A stretch of 64,000 nucleotides of DNA from an uncultured virus (IMG/VR IMGVR_UViG_3300005201_000018) (taxonomy: Duplodnaviria > Heunggongvirae > Uroviricota > Caudoviricetes): IMG/VR virus record IMGVR_UViG_3300005201_000018; one strand, 5' to 3'. Shown one piece after another: positions 19,403-30,034 of the stretch. The notes under the pieces are model-generated. The model made no database searches. It saw only the letters and a list, made by a program, of their open reading frames with translations, and had not been told where the DNA came from. Numbering within the stretch: position 1 is the stretch's first letter; every line of letters begins with the position of its first letter. Made by a program: the position numbers and the translations under genes.

Positions 19403-21250
19403 ATGATTTCCTGGTGGAAGACTGTTTGGAGAATTATTAGGAGCGCAAGAACTTCGACTTGTTATAATGGCGAAGCTGTGTCGGTCAGGTGCAGCGACAG
19501 CTTTAAGGGCCTTCCTTTATCTAAACAACAAGAAATAAACGACTTAGTCGAGAATGAGCAGATAAATATGTTCACAAAATACTGTGGCAAGCCGGATACA
19601 GTGGACGACTTAAAACAACGCGCCGGAAGGCTGACGCCGCTCATTTTGAATAATTATCAGACAAACCAGCCGGTGACGGCGACGGTACGCGATGCGATCA
19701 TGAACTTGCCGACTATGTCCAATGTGCCGGGGCAGGACCCGGCGACGATCAACATGGTTACGCCGAATGTGTGGATCGGGCCGTCAGAAGCAGCAGCCAT
19801 CTACAGTCAGAAAGGGCTCCCCGAAACGATTATCAACAAGAAGGGCAAATCGCCACTTCTGAATGGGGTACGGATTAAGAACCCCAAGCTTACTCCGCAG
19901 CAGGTTGATGCCGTAAATGAAGACATCGTGCGGAGTGACTTTACGGTAAAGGTGGTGGTAAAAGGGCTTTTGCACAGCTTGATATATGGTGGCGGCCTTA
20001 TGTTCCCCATATTCAAGAACGACAGCCCGGTAACGATGCACCTGCCTATGGATACCCTGCTGCGGTACGGCATTGTCGGCAAGGGGTGTGTTGACCACTG
20101 GGTAACGCTGGACCGCTGGAATTGCGTGCATATTCCGAATTGGAACCCGTGCGCGAAAGATTTCGAGTTCCCTAAGCATTATTACGTACCGTTCCTTGGG
20201 GCGCACGTTGCCGGAGAGCGGTGCGCGAGGGTTATTACAGCTCCGCAGGTTGGGTATTATGCCATGCTGATGACGCTTGGCTGGGGGATCTCTGACATAC
20301 CTGGCTGGCTTGAGTCGGTATATAACTATCATGCGGTCATGGCCGCTATTCCTACCATGATAGCGCAGATGTCGCTTATTGTACGCACGCTCAATGTTGA
20401 CAGTTATCTGGCGACGGAAGGATGGGACATCCTAAAAGATATTGATTTGGTTAACACGGCAAAAATGCGCGAGGCGTCACCGCACAACATGATAAACATG
20501 GATGTGGTCGGCGACCTGAAAGCACTGCAGCGCGATTTTGGGGAGGTCCCGAACCTGGTACGCCTCATCCGGCAGGACTTAGGCGGGCGCTCTGAAATCC
20601 CTGAAGAGCAGCTTTTTTCCTGTGAGAGAGGGGCTTTTTCATCCGGTGACTCGTCGTCGGGTGCCCAAGAGAAGCAGTGGGAGGGTGTGCGGCAGCTCCA
20701 CCGCACGGTGTCGTCACAGCTGAAGAACATCGCAATGATCGAGGTAATCAACGTTCTTGGGAAGGACAGAGGTATTCTTTCTGCCCTTCCGTACACAACT
20801 ATCGAATTTGACACACCGGCGATACTAAATCCTGAAAAACTGTCTGAAATCGGTACTAATTTTGCTAAAGCACTCTTTGATACGACCGGCTCTGGCGTCC
20901 CGATTGATGCCGGAATAGAGATTGCACGGTCTTTTGCTGCTGAAGCTTTCACAGTTGATTCTGACCTTTTGGAGCGGTTAAAGCAGTATCAGGCAAAAAT
21001 TGACGCCCGTGAGGAAGAAAAACACGCAAAAGAGATGGAATTGTTACAGGCGCAGGTTGATTTAACCAAGAAGCAGGCTGCACATGTGGGTAATGATACT
21101 GGTACTACAGGCACTACTACCGGTGGTACACGTAAGGTAGGTAAGAGTTCGGGGTATACCCGTATGGAGCAGCATAAGCACGAAAAGACGCGGGGGACCG
21201 GCGCAAGGCGGCAGGGGCTGCAAAAACTTGAGGGAAAAAAGTTGCGATAA
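19403..21250 (+). CDS. Portal protein (DUF1073-like)
   Basis: Follows terL; SLIYGGG, TLDRW, WGISD and EIPEEQLF motifs. Confidence 0.8.
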   Translation: MISWWKTVWRIIRSARTSTCYNGEAVSVRCSDSFKGLPLSKQQEINDLVENEQINMFTKYCGKPDTVDDLKQRAGRLTPLILNNYQTNQPVTATVRDAIMNLPTMSNVPGQDPATINMVTPNVWIGPSEAAAIYSQKGLPETIINKKGKSPLLNGVRIKNPKLTPQQVDAVNEDIVRSDFTVKVVVKGLLHSLIYGGGLMFPIFKNDSPVTMHLPMDTLLRYGIVGKGCVDHWVTLDRWNCVHIPNWNPCAKDFEFPKHYYVPFLGAHVAGERCARVITAPQVGYYAMLMTLGWGISDIPGWLESVYNYHAVMAAIPTMIAQMSLIVRTLNVDSYLATEGWDILKDIDLVNTAKMREASPHNMINMDVVGDLKALQRDFGEVPNLVRLIRQDLGGRSEIPEEQLFSCERGAFSSGDSSSGAQEKQWEGVRQLHRTVSSQLKNIAMIEVINVLGKDRGILSALPYTTIEFDTPAILNPEKLSEIGTNFAKALFDTTGSGVPIDAGIEIARSFAAEAFTVDSDLLERLKQYQAKIDAREEEKHAKEMELLQAQVDLTKKQAAHVGNDTGTTGTTTGGTRKVGKSSGYTRMEQHKHEKTRGTGARRQGLQKLEGKKLR

Positions 21251-21270
21251 TTCGTAATTATTTTTAGTCA

Positions 21271-21304
21271 AAAGTATTGACTTTATGAAATTGTGTTGTA
21301 CGGT
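21271..21304 (+). promoter_or_regulatory. Late promoter motif 3
   Basis: AAAGTA-TTGACT-16 nt-TACGGT. Confidence 0.8.
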
Positions 21305-21341
21305 GCAGGTAGAATCGTTGAGGGAGGACGGGTAAAAGCGT

Positions 21342-22595
21342 ATGAATACGGTAGTTCAGACGAACGATAGTTCGGCGCAGCTTGCGGTTAAAGACGCTGT
21401 ATTGGCGCGTTCTGGTATTTATCTGTACTCCCGTGCTGACGTTGAGGAGATGGGCTTAAAGCCGGTGCAGGATAAGATGCTCTATCGGGAGTATCGTCCG
21501 GCAGGTGTTTTGGTGCAGGCGAAAGACAAGTTTAACTTGGTACCTGTTCCGAAGAACCATCCTCCGGTTGACATTACTGCGGACAATTTCCACCAATATG
21601 CTTCGGGCGTGGTTGGTGGTCCTATCGAAGCAGTACCCTTGCCTGACGGTGAGATTGGGCTACAGGGTAAGATAGCGTTTTTTACCCGCGATGCTTATGA
21701 CCACTATATGTCGGGGAATAAGGAGACCAGTGCCGGGTACGGAAAGAAGATCGTGTACTCGGAGGACCCCGATAAGGACGGGTTCGATTGGGTATTGACA
21801 GGTATTACGTCGGTTAATCATGTTGCAGTGCTGCCGGAAGGTCGTGGGGGGAGTAACGTCCGCGTTATGGATAAGGCAGCAAAAGTAAATAGTAATGGAG
21901 GTACAGAGATGTCTGTTAAGGCTAAGAGCGGATTCTTGCAGTCCTTATTCGGTATAGGGAAGGCAAAAGACGAGAAGTTCAAATTCTCGGAAGTGCTGTT
22001 AGGTAGTGTGGCTAAAGTTCACACGTTGGATGCCGCAGGGCTTGAAAAAGAGGTTGGCGCGGTAATGGCTCACGTTAACTCTTTGGGCGACAGTGAAGCG
22101 AAGGAAGTTCTTGTTGGCGCGGTGACGGACTGTTTCAAACACCCGGTTGAGGTGCTTGCGCAGAAAGACGCTATCTCAAAGAAACTCGATGAGCTGTATG
22201 CGAAATGCCAGGACGCTGATGTCGAGGTGGTGAGCCGTATTCTTGATTCTGCGGATAAGAAGGATGACGACAAAGCTGGCAAAGACGATGAAGCCGACGA
22301 AGATGGCAAGAAAGATGCCAAAAGTAAGAAGGACGACAAAACCGACGCGAAAGACGCTGCTGGGTTTGACTATGCGAAAGCCATTGATGCCGCCGTTGAA
22401 AAGGCTGCGGCTGTGTTTGCCAACGGGCTTGACGCAAAAATCGACGCCAGCGTAAAGAAAGCGCTCGGTCTTGGAGATGATAAAGACGACAAGAAGGGCA
22501 CTGATGATCGCCAGGTTGATGCCGATTCGACAGATAGCAGTGCAGTTGATAGCGATGCCTCGTTTGTAATGACGGGCATTTGGGGAAATAAATAA
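21342..22595 (+). CDS. Head maturation protease/scaffold (DUF2213-like)
   Basis: ARSGIYLY, YRP, NHP, ETSAGY, NHVAVLPEGRGG; acidic/Lys-rich C-terminus. Confidence 0.85.
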   Translation: MNTVVQTNDSSAQLAVKDAVLARSGIYLYSRADVEEMGLKPVQDKMLYREYRPAGVLVQAKDKFNLVPVPKNHPPVDITADNFHQYASGVVGGPIEAVPLPDGEIGLQGKIAFFTRDAYDHYMSGNKETSAGYGKKIVYSEDPDKDGFDWVLTGITSVNHVAVLPEGRGGSNVRVMDKAAKVNSNGGTEMSVKAKSGFLQSLFGIGKAKDEKFKFSEVLLGSVAKVHTLDAAGLEKEVGAVMAHVNSLGDSEAKEVLVGAVTDCFKHPVEVLAQKDAISKKLDELYAKCQDADVEVVSRILDSADKKDDDKAGKDDEADEDGKKDAKSKKDDKTDAKDAAGFDYAKAIDAAVEKAAAVFANGLDAKIDASVKKALGLGDDKDDKKGTDDRQVDADSTDSSAVDSDASFVMTGIWGNK

Positions 22596-22610
22596 GGGAG
22601 GGTAGAAAAT

Positions 22611-23348
22611 ATGCCGTATGCTCCGGTAGATCCTGGGATGATTGGTCCCGGTATGCCTTTAGATCCTTCAAATTTGGAGGCTCTATACAGAGGCTTGAAT
22701 AAGACAAACGGTTTTGTTATGCGGAATGTGGATGGACGTATTCCTGCATTAAAGCAGCCTCTTGGCCGGTTGAAAGTCGATGGCGCAAGTGTGCTGGCCG
22801 ATGACGGTATCGTGCCTTGGGGAAACGCGCTCTGGCGCGATATAGCTACAATGGGAACGGCTCCCGGCATTGCACATGCACAACGGCCCACAAAAGCTTT
22901 TTTGTGCGGTGTGCTTGAGTTTAACCAGGGTTGGCAGGCCGGGCATCCGGTTGCTCCTTACGGGCTTCCCGATTACTCAAAAGGGTCAATCGTAACGAAA
23001 GGTCTTGTTGGCTACAAGACAGCAATGCCCGAAGTTGGTGGCGGGGAAGATTATCTTGCGTACCTGAAAGGGGATGCGACGATGAATGTTCCGGCTGCAC
23101 GTACCACATACAACGAGTGGATTACGGCGTATACTGCCGCAGACGACGGCGCAAAGCTTGGTCTGTTCTTTGAGAATGAGACAGGCTTCCCGATTGTAGT
23201 CGTTGTGCCAAAGCTGGCATTTACCACGGATGGCGACGAGGTTACACCCAACACGGTTGAACCTGTTTTGGAAGGCGCAACGTTTGCCGGTTTCGCTGTG
23301 GTGTTTGAGAAAGAAAACGAAGCTGTTTTCTTTGACATCAATCTCTAA
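22611..23348 (+). CDS. Probable capsid cement/decoration protein
   Basis: Position between protease and major capsid. Confidence 0.5.
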   Translation: MPYAPVDPGMIGPGMPLDPSNLEALYRGLNKTNGFVMRNVDGRIPALKQPLGRLKVDGASVLADDGIVPWGNALWRDIATMGTAPGIAHAQRPTKAFLCGVLEFNQGWQAGHPVAPYGLPDYSKGSIVTKGLVGYKTAMPEVGGGEDYLAYLKGDATMNVPAARTTYNEWITAYTAADDGAKLGLFFENETGFPIVVVVPKLAFTTDGDEVTPNTVEPVLEGATFAGFAVVFEKENEAVFFDINL

Positions 23349-23364
23349 GAGGAGGGTTAGATAG

Positions 23365-24915
23365 ATGCAGAGTTCAATCATTAACGTTTCTGGTCCTCTT
23401 TCGAGTTTGCAGCCGAAATGGGAAGAGTTGCTTTATGGAATGTATCCCGACCACTTTGATAATGGGTCAATAGCAGCGATACATGTGGGGGCCAACGACC
23501 ATGCGGCTGTCGGCACAAAAGGCGGTTATAAGATACGCGGTAATGCTGTGCAGCAAAGTGCGTTGTATCTGGAACTGCCTGAAAAAATGTTTCCGTCAAG
23601 GATATTAAATCCTGAAGCTCGCGCTGCGACGGTTACAACCAGGGTTATGGATAAAGTAGCGGCGCACGCGCATGATCGCGTAATGCAGCTCATGTCTCAA
23701 GGGAAGACTCTTGAAGAGGCACAAGCGACTGTTGCAGACAGTATTGCGAAAATCGGTTACTTTGACTCGAAGATTGGGAAATATGTTGCTGAAGCCGTCA
23801 TCAAGGGAGTCAATGACTCGGCGCTTTCTGGTTTGGCGACCCCGATGTGGAACGTTACGCAGATACCCAAGATTTTCAAGCAGCCGTATTTGAAGGGCTA
23901 TGCCGACAGGCTTGTCTCCAAAATGGGCGCTCCGAATGTCTGGGCCGACTTAATCCAGATTTTCACAGCCTCTTACGAAGGAGCTGCAAGGCTGTCTAAC
24001 GTAGCGCACGCTTCGCAGCAGTTTAATACGTCTGTTGCGGCAAAACGCAAAACGGGGACCATGCTCTCCGAAGTAATCAACCTGGTTATTGACTATGAGA
24101 CACAGTCGCCTGACGAGCAGATGATAGCAGGTCAGGGCGCGTGGCTCGTAAACAACACATTCGGCGACATGGAAGTGTTCGCAAACCTTATACTCGAAAT
24201 CCTGATGAATACGCTCATCTATTTTGGACATGACGAAACAGGTTTTGACGGTCTCACCCAGATTGCTGTTCGGGATGACTGCTACACGCAGTACCCCAGC
24301 GACCAGCCGACAGCTGAATACCTCTGGCAGCACGATGGCGCCGGCCCTGGTACGCCGGTTGACGATTCTGTCGGCGCTACACTGCTCCTCATGCTGAATC
24401 ATCTTGTCGCGGATAAGTGGCAAGAACTCAACTTCCTGCCGACCGAGTGTAAAATCAATTGCGGTACGGATCTGTACAAAGCACTGAAGTTCTCAATGCT
24501 CAACAAACAGTACAACCAGAACAACCCGCTTTCGATCATCAATACCGCGTTTGAAGCTGGGAACAAGATTATCGGCACCATGGCGAGCAATTCCGGTGAT
24601 AAGCTGTCCAGCGTCTTCGAGCTTTGCCCCGATCCAATGCTTGACGCCAACACGCCGTTTAACGCTACAGACGAAGACTTGATGATGATCACCTTCCCGT
24701 CGTTCCAAACGGCGCTGGAAGTTAACAACGTGCTTTCCGACCTAGTTATGATGCCGATGCTGATCGACAAAATGATTCTTCCTTCAGCGCCTGGGTATAG
24801 GGACGGTATTGTACGAAGCTGCCTGAAGCGTATTGGAAGCCTGTTGTGTCCGATTCGTAAGACAGTTCATGTCATCACCGGCATGGGCCGGAATAGCCGG
24901 TACGTTGGACCGTAA
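23365..24915 (+). CDS. Major capsid protein
   Basis: Size and position; NTLIYFGHDETGFDGL HK97-like spine-helix end; strong RBS. Confidence 0.75.
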   Translation: MQSSIINVSGPLSSLQPKWEELLYGMYPDHFDNGSIAAIHVGANDHAAVGTKGGYKIRGNAVQQSALYLELPEKMFPSRILNPEARAATVTTRVMDKVAAHAHDRVMQLMSQGKTLEEAQATVADSIAKIGYFDSKIGKYVAEAVIKGVNDSALSGLATPMWNVTQIPKIFKQPYLKGYADRLVSKMGAPNVWADLIQIFTASYEGAARLSNVAHASQQFNTSVAAKRKTGTMLSEVINLVIDYETQSPDEQMIAGQGAWLVNNTFGDMEVFANLILEILMNTLIYFGHDETGFDGLTQIAVRDDCYTQYPSDQPTAEYLWQHDGAGPGTPVDDSVGATLLLMLNHLVADKWQELNFLPTECKINCGTDLYKALKFSMLNKQYNQNNPLSIINTAFEAGNKIIGTMASNSGDKLSSVFELCPDPMLDANTPFNATDEDLMMITFPSFQTALEVNNVLSDLVMMPMLIDKMILPSAPGYRDGIVRSCLKRIGSLLCPIRKTVHVITGMGRNSRYVGP

Positions 24916-24926
24916 GGAGATAACAG

Positions 24927-25682
24927 ATGAGTGACGATGCAAAATTTGTGTACGTTCAGAACGTGCATGGCAAGCCAATTACGTGCAACATAAGGGACAA
25001 GAGCGGAAGAGTCACTGCGACAAAGAAGTTCATGCCTACTTTGACGGAAAAGTTTTCCGGCAGGGTGCTGCACACAGGCTACGAAAAGCTCACCCAGGAA
25101 GAGTATGAAGCCTTGCGTGAGACTTCAAGGACATTCAAGGTTTACTCTGGTGAGACTGGCAAGGCAAAACTTCTTGTGGTTCACGACGAGCTTCCGCCTG
25201 ACGCAAAATCTCCGCATGAAGCCCTTGCTGACGCGCGGAAAGGCGCGCAGAAGGCCAAGGCAGAGATTGCAAAGCTGAAGACCGAAATCACAGGTCTTAA
25301 AGCAGCGCTGCTTGACGCACAAACCAAGTACGGCCAACTTTCTTCTGCTTCAAGCGATGAAGAGAAGCTTAGGCCACTGAATGACAGGATCACTGAACTT
25401 GAAACCCAGCTTAAAGAAGGGTCTGGACCGCTTGAAGAAAAGATTGTTGAACTTCAAAAACTTGTTGACGAGAACAGGCCGCCTGAAGACAAGACGGTTG
25501 AGCTACAGGATGTTCTGGATGAGTTCGATGAGCTTAGTGAAGTGTTTGCGTCGAAAGTTCTGGAATTGGTCGGAAAGGATAAGCGTGTTAGAGAACTTGT
25601 TGATACTTTCCGCGCAGAGCGCAAAGACTTGCTTACTGCCGAAGAGTCGGATGACATTGAGGAGCAAAAGGACTCCGAGTAA
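24927..25682 (+). CDS. Coiled-coil hypothetical virion or assembly protein
   Basis: 251-aa ORF with heptad pattern. Confidence 0.65.
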   Translation: MSDDAKFVYVQNVHGKPITCNIRDKSGRVTATKKFMPTLTEKFSGRVLHTGYEKLTQEEYEALRETSRTFKVYSGETGKAKLLVVHDELPPDAKSPHEALADARKGAQKAKAEIAKLKTEITGLKAALLDAQTKYGQLSSASSDEEKLRPLNDRITELETQLKEGSGPLEEKIVELQKLVDENRPPEDKTVELQDVLDEFDELSEVFASKVLELVGKDKRVRELVDTFRAERKDLLTAEESDDIEEQKDSE

Positions 25683-26164
25683 TGGAAGCGATATTTGTAG
25701 ATGGCAAACCGGCGCAGATTACGGTTTACGATTTTCGCCGGTTCCACCTACAATCGTTTCCGGCGTTAGCGGAAGAGGAGTATGACACCTTAATCGCTGA
25801 TGCTATTGACATTGTGTATACTATGTTTCCTGGCGTTGGCGAAATGTGGGATATGCACCGTAATAAGCAGATCTGGTTTGATAAGACGACGTTGTGTTAC
25901 CGGCTGTTGACCTGCTGGTATATAACGGACAGGTATCCAGAACTGTCGCCAAGTTACACGTCCTTAAATGGCGTGCCGCTTGAGCAAAAGAAGGTTGACG
26001 GAGTAATGCTGAAGTTCCAAAGGGAGCTTGCGAAGTATGCTTCGGCGGCAGCGATGTTGAACCCTATGCTTGGGCTGCGGAGTAATGATTTTGGCCGGAA
26101 GGCGTTGATGATGATGCAGACAGCACCAAGGCGCGCTTTGTTGCGTTTGGTGCGTGTTGTGTAA
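25682..26164 (+). CDS. Head-tail adaptor (DUF4054-like)
   Basis: DFRR..FP, LLTCWY and SNDFGR motifs; position. Confidence 0.6.
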   Translation: MEAIFVDGKPAQITVYDFRRFHLQSFPALAEEEYDTLIADAIDIVYTMFPGVGEMWDMHRNKQIWFDKTTLCYRLLTCWYITDRYPELSPSYTSLNGVPLEQKKVDGVMLKFQRELAKYASAAAMLNPMLGLRSNDFGRKALMMMQTAPRRALLRLVRVV

Positions 26165-26180
26165 TACAGGGAGGATGAGA

Positions 26181-26495
26181 ATGGCAGAGACAGCACAGTA
26201 TTTTTCTACAAAGTATACGGTGGTAATGAATGGGGTGAAATATATCCCCGCTGTGTGCTACAAGCTCGATGAGACAATAGCGCCGACCATTGCGAAACTG
26301 GTTGAGGCTGGGGAAGCAAAGACGTACGCCGAAAAGGTACGGTTCGTGAACGGCGCTCCGTTGCCGGCAAAGAAACCTGAAGTTGTGCGGTCTGTAGTAA
26401 CGCAGTCTGAAGTTGGGCAGTCCGGTGTTGGTATTGCGGATGTTTTGGCCGCTGTCCGTAAAAATAAGAAGAGCGGCCAAAAGGATTTTGAGTAG
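26181..26495 (+). CDS. Hypothetical protein
   Basis: GGAGG RBS before ATG 26175/26181. Confidence 0.65.
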   Translation: MAETAQYFSTKYTVVMNGVKYIPAVCYKLDETIAPTIAKLVEAGEAKTYAEKVRFVNGAPLPAKKPEVVRSVVTQSEVGQSGVGIADVLAAVRKNKKSGQKDFE

Positions 26496-26905
26496 TGCCA
26501 GCCTATGGGGATATGCTTGCCGCATTTCCCGAACTATTGGCAACATACGAGGTTTTTAAGATGAAGCCTCGTGTTGGCGGCGGGTATGGTGAGCGCTATG
26601 ATAAGCGCAAAGTGCGCGGGTATTGGTCGTGGCGAAAACAAAGCAAGATGGATGAAGAAGGAGATCTAAGGACTCCTAATCATCAGGCCACGTTTTGGGC
26701 GCAGAGTTATTTTTTGGGTAAAAAAGTTCTGGTTGGCCAGAACGATCATGTTGAGGTTGACGACAAGATATTTGTATGCGTCGATGACCAATCTTTTATG
26801 AAGGAAGGCGGTTTTTATAAATGCCTGATGCAGCGGCTGGCAGGGCCAACCGACAGGCAAGTTACCAATAGGAGCGTAGATGGGGCTATTGCAGCGGACT
26901 ATTAA
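26495..26905 (+). CDS. Probable head closure protein
   Basis: Position and beta-rich 136-aa sequence. Confidence 0.45.
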   Translation: MPAYGDMLAAFPELLATYEVFKMKPRVGGGYGERYDKRKVRGYWSWRKQSKMDEEGDLRTPNHQATFWAQSYFLGKKVLVGQNDHVEVDDKIFVCVDDQSFMKEGGFYKCLMQRLAGPTDRQVTNRSVDGAIAADY

Positions 26906-27734
26906 CAGAACACGGTTTTACCGGCCTACTCTTGCTAAACCAACTAAGGGCGAGCTTATGTTTGCACAAGAAAGCCTTGATCGGAGCTATAGGCGTAATA
27001 CTGAAAAGGACGTTTCTATTTTTGATTTTGTTGCTTCAAATACAAAACATCCTATTATGACGCGCCGGATTGCAATGCAATACATGAAAAGACCGGAAGA
27101 TTTTGAGCCTGATTTTTTTCACATGGGAAAGTTTCAGATAACATATAATTTCTCATCTGCTATCCGTAAGAACATGTTTCCTACAAGAGGCTTTCTGCCT
27201 GGCATTAAACCGGTAGGAGAATACGGCGCGTCGGGTTGGTCGTTCAGGATGCTCTATGAATATTTATGCGTCTCATATAATTGCGAGGTTCCGTTCATTG
27301 ATACATATTTTGATAAAGTCTTTAGCACAAGATCGGTCTATGCACGATTTTTGGCTATCTACGATGAGATACAAGATGCAATCAATAATGAGCAGTTTAA
27401 CATGCTTCAGGATGTTCCGCTTAAAGCTGACGGTACGCCCGATATGCGGTATGCGGCGTCGAAGAAGTTTATGGACTTTGCTGTGTGGAAAGATAGTTCC
27501 GTTAAGGAGACTTGCAAAAAAATAGCCGCTGACATACGGCACGACATTGAAGTTTGCTTGTCTACAGGGAGGATTCCGCTGCAAGGGGATCAAACAGGCA
27601 GAACTGTTTCACGTGCAACAAAAAAAAGGCGTCGTAAGTTTGTTGGGCTTAATCCTAACAGGTTATTTTATGCTTCAGGACAGCTCATCGAACATTTGAA
27701 CGTGTACATCGAGATAGGAGATAAAGCGGCATGA
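26880..27734 (+). CDS. Probable neck/tail completion protein
   Basis: C-terminal SRATKKRR...LFYASGQL motif; start uncertain. Confidence 0.5.
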   Translation: MGLLQRTINRTRFYRPTLAKPTKGELMFAQESLDRSYRRNTEKDVSIFDFVASNTKHPIMTRRIAMQYMKRPEDFEPDFFHMGKFQITYNFSSAIRKNMFPTRGFLPGIKPVGEYGASGWSFRMLYEYLCVSYNCEVPFIDTYFDKVFSTRSVYARFLAIYDEIQDAINNEQFNMLQDVPLKADGTPDMRYAASKKFMDFAVWKDSSVKETCKKIAADIRHDIEVCLSTGRIPLQGDQTGRTVSRATKKRRRKFVGLNPNRLFYASGQLIEHLNVYIEIGDKAA

Positions 27735-28285
27735 GTGTAGAGCTGACTTATAAAGGTGTAACTTTCGACACTGTCCGCGCGGCGCTCTGTGCCACGTACT
27801 TTTTGTATGACGGTATGTCGCAAGAGGAATGGCGTGAGGCGTTAACCTATGTTGTTCCTATGCAGCACAATTTTGCTAATCCGATTGAGCCTGGAAGCCA
27901 GGATACATGGATTCAGTTCTGGGTTGATGAGGATGATAGGTTGACACAGGACTACAATACCGGCGCACAGAATCAGACCGTGAAACAAGCGGGTATAACA
28001 GTCAGGTTCCTCGGAGTCCGTGCTGAAGTGTGGGCCAAGGCGTTTCATCACCTGATAAAGCGAAAGTCGGTTGAAGCGTATTTCCTGGAATACTGCAACG
28101 CGACAATACTTGATTATATCAGTCCTATTATTCCGATTAACGTTGACTATTTTGGGGCGAACACAACAATAGCGCATGATTTAAGTTTTGAGCTTTCATA
28201 CGATGAAAATATGGAGTTCGATTGGGAACCGCTTAACTACATTTCCATACCGGATGGGAAGATAGCTGGTTCAATAGATACATGA
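27731..28285 (+). CDS. Probable tail terminator
   Basis: Position before the sheath gene; ATGA overlap. Confidence 0.5.
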   Translation: MSVELTYKGVTFDTVRAALCATYFLYDGMSQEEWREALTYVVPMQHNFANPIEPGSQDTWIQFWVDEDDRLTQDYNTGAQNQTVKQAGITVRFLGVRAEVWAKAFHHLIKRKSVEAYFLEYCNATILDYISPIIPINVDYFGANTTIAHDLSFELSYDENMEFDWEPLNYISIPDGKIAGSIDT

Positions 28286-28335
28286 GGAAGGGTTTCTAGG
28301 GCTTCGTTATATGTCATGCCTAAAACATATAACGA

Positions 28336-30015
28336 TTGAATTATAATGTCAACGGTAATTGCAAGGCAGTGGAGGGTGAAATTATCAATTATAATTTTTT
28401 GGGATCTATTGCGGAGCGCAAGATGCACTTCGCAAGTTCAGTAGAGGTAATTGTTGACGAAAAGAACGAGTTGTTTAACGCAATATCGATCTATGTACCT
28501 GCGTCGTTGGCACCTGCCAACATAATTGACTGGGACCCGGCGTGGGCGACAGCGGATAAACCTGCTGTGTTTACGTGCGTTGTGAGCAATTATGCGGAGG
28601 TGATGACGGGAAAACTTCTTAACCAGTGGCAGGACGTGTTCCGCACGGACACTAACGTCGCAGTTATACTTCATCTGATTGTGTTTCAGGATGACAGCAC
28701 AACCGACGACCTGTGGAGCATTGATGACGCAAGTATCAAGTTTAAGCCGCTCACCGACGCGTTCAACAAGCTGTTCTATATTTCGTACATCAAAACAATG
28801 TTTGACGAAAGTTATGACGGAAAAGCGGGTATGTCACCGGCTCTGCCTGGTACTGCTGCGACAGCTGTGATACGTTTCACAAACCCGACAAACGCAGACG
28901 TTACGCTTCCGGCAGATGTGTACACACTCAATGACGGTGTGAAAGACTGGACTATTGAAGTGCCTGATCCAATCGTTATCTCGGAAGGCGACGGCGTCTC
29001 AATAGCTATCACAGCCACAACGGTCGGCAACGACGCAGCGCTTGCGGCAGGGCCGGTTACGCTGGGGGATATATCGCCTGCTGTTCCAAACGAGCTTACG
29101 GCTGCGATTCTTGCCATAACGCAGGGCACCAACCCGCAAGCTCCGGCAGCCGTGCCTTCAAAGTTTTTTGACTTTTCTCTTTGCCTTGCGTATTTGTGCA
29201 AGCAGAATTTGCAGCTTTCGTATTTTGTCAACATGGTCAAAATATCTTATCTTGACCAGAAGCCAAATCCTGACGATGCCTGCTTAATTAGGCTTAAAAC
29301 AACTGCGGAAGAGAAAGAAGCCATGCTGTCTATCAGCAGTGGCGACAGGACAAAGTATTACTGGGGTGCGTTATATTTAATGAACTGCATCCTAAATACG
29401 TGGACGGTGGTACATTCCGAGCCGGTCAATATTATTCCGCTCATTTTGGCGGCGTGGTTCGAGCGGCGCAACTCATCCGGGCAATTTGTTGGAAACAAGT
29501 TATCTATGCTGCGCTTGCGCGACGCGAAGATTAAACCGCTTGGCTTCCCGTCTTGGCTTAATAGCGAGGTTAACGAGAACGACGCAAAAGGTTTTGATCT
29601 TCTTGACGCGAAGAATGTCGGCTATCTTTGCACCATTGCGGATAACACGCCGCAAGAAAGCTGCCTGTCAAGTGCAAGAAGCATTAGCGGCATGCCTGTA
29701 GCTGCCATGATGATTTCAAAGTTTGTTGACTATACGTCATCCCAGCAGTGCGCGAAGTTGCTAACAGAGTCTGACACATTGACAAATCCGGTACTTACCA
29801 ATGAAGAAGCGTATACGCAGATTCAGGATATTCTTTTTAAGAATGTCGCTTTGTTTGCCGGGACAAAACGTATCTCGAACATACAGCTAAAGTTTCCTCC
29901 GTTCCCGATTGCGAAGGTGAGTCTTCGGGCGCTGGTGGCAACCGGATCGTGGGAAGCATCGTATACCGATGACTTGGATGAAGTAACCGTTACCGGCGGT
30001 ATTACCGCTTCGTAA
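28336..30015 (+). CDS. Tail sheath protein (start uncertain)
   Basis: ~550 aa before the tube gene; C-terminal LDEVTVTG; internal Ig-like insertion. Confidence 0.7.
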   Translation: MNYNVNGNCKAVEGEIINYNFLGSIAERKMHFASSVEVIVDEKNELFNAISIYVPASLAPANIIDWDPAWATADKPAVFTCVVSNYAEVMTGKLLNQWQDVFRTDTNVAVILHLIVFQDDSTTDDLWSIDDASIKFKPLTDAFNKLFYISYIKTMFDESYDGKAGMSPALPGTAATAVIRFTNPTNADVTLPADVYTLNDGVKDWTIEVPDPIVISEGDGVSIAITATTVGNDAALAAGPVTLGDISPAVPNELTAAILAITQGTNPQAPAAVPSKFFDFSLCLAYLCKQNLQLSYFVNMVKISYLDQKPNPDDACLIRLKTTAEEKEAMLSISSGDRTKYYWGALYLMNCILNTWTVVHSEPVNIIPLILAAWFERRNSSGQFVGNKLSMLRLRDAKIKPLGFPSWLNSEVNENDAKGFDLLDAKNVGYLCTIADNTPQESCLSSARSISGMPVAAMMISKFVDYTSSQQCAKLLTESDTLTNPVLTNEEAYTQIQDILFKNVALFAGTKRISNIQLKFPPFPIAKVSLRALVATGSWEASYTDDLDEVTVTGGITAS

Positions 30016-30034
30016 ACAAAGGAGGAGAGTATAT

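Noticed and set aside
19403..21250. Anti-CBASS Acb1 label often attached to this family
   Set aside because: No clear pair of HxT/S phosphoesterase motifs; position after terL indicates a portal
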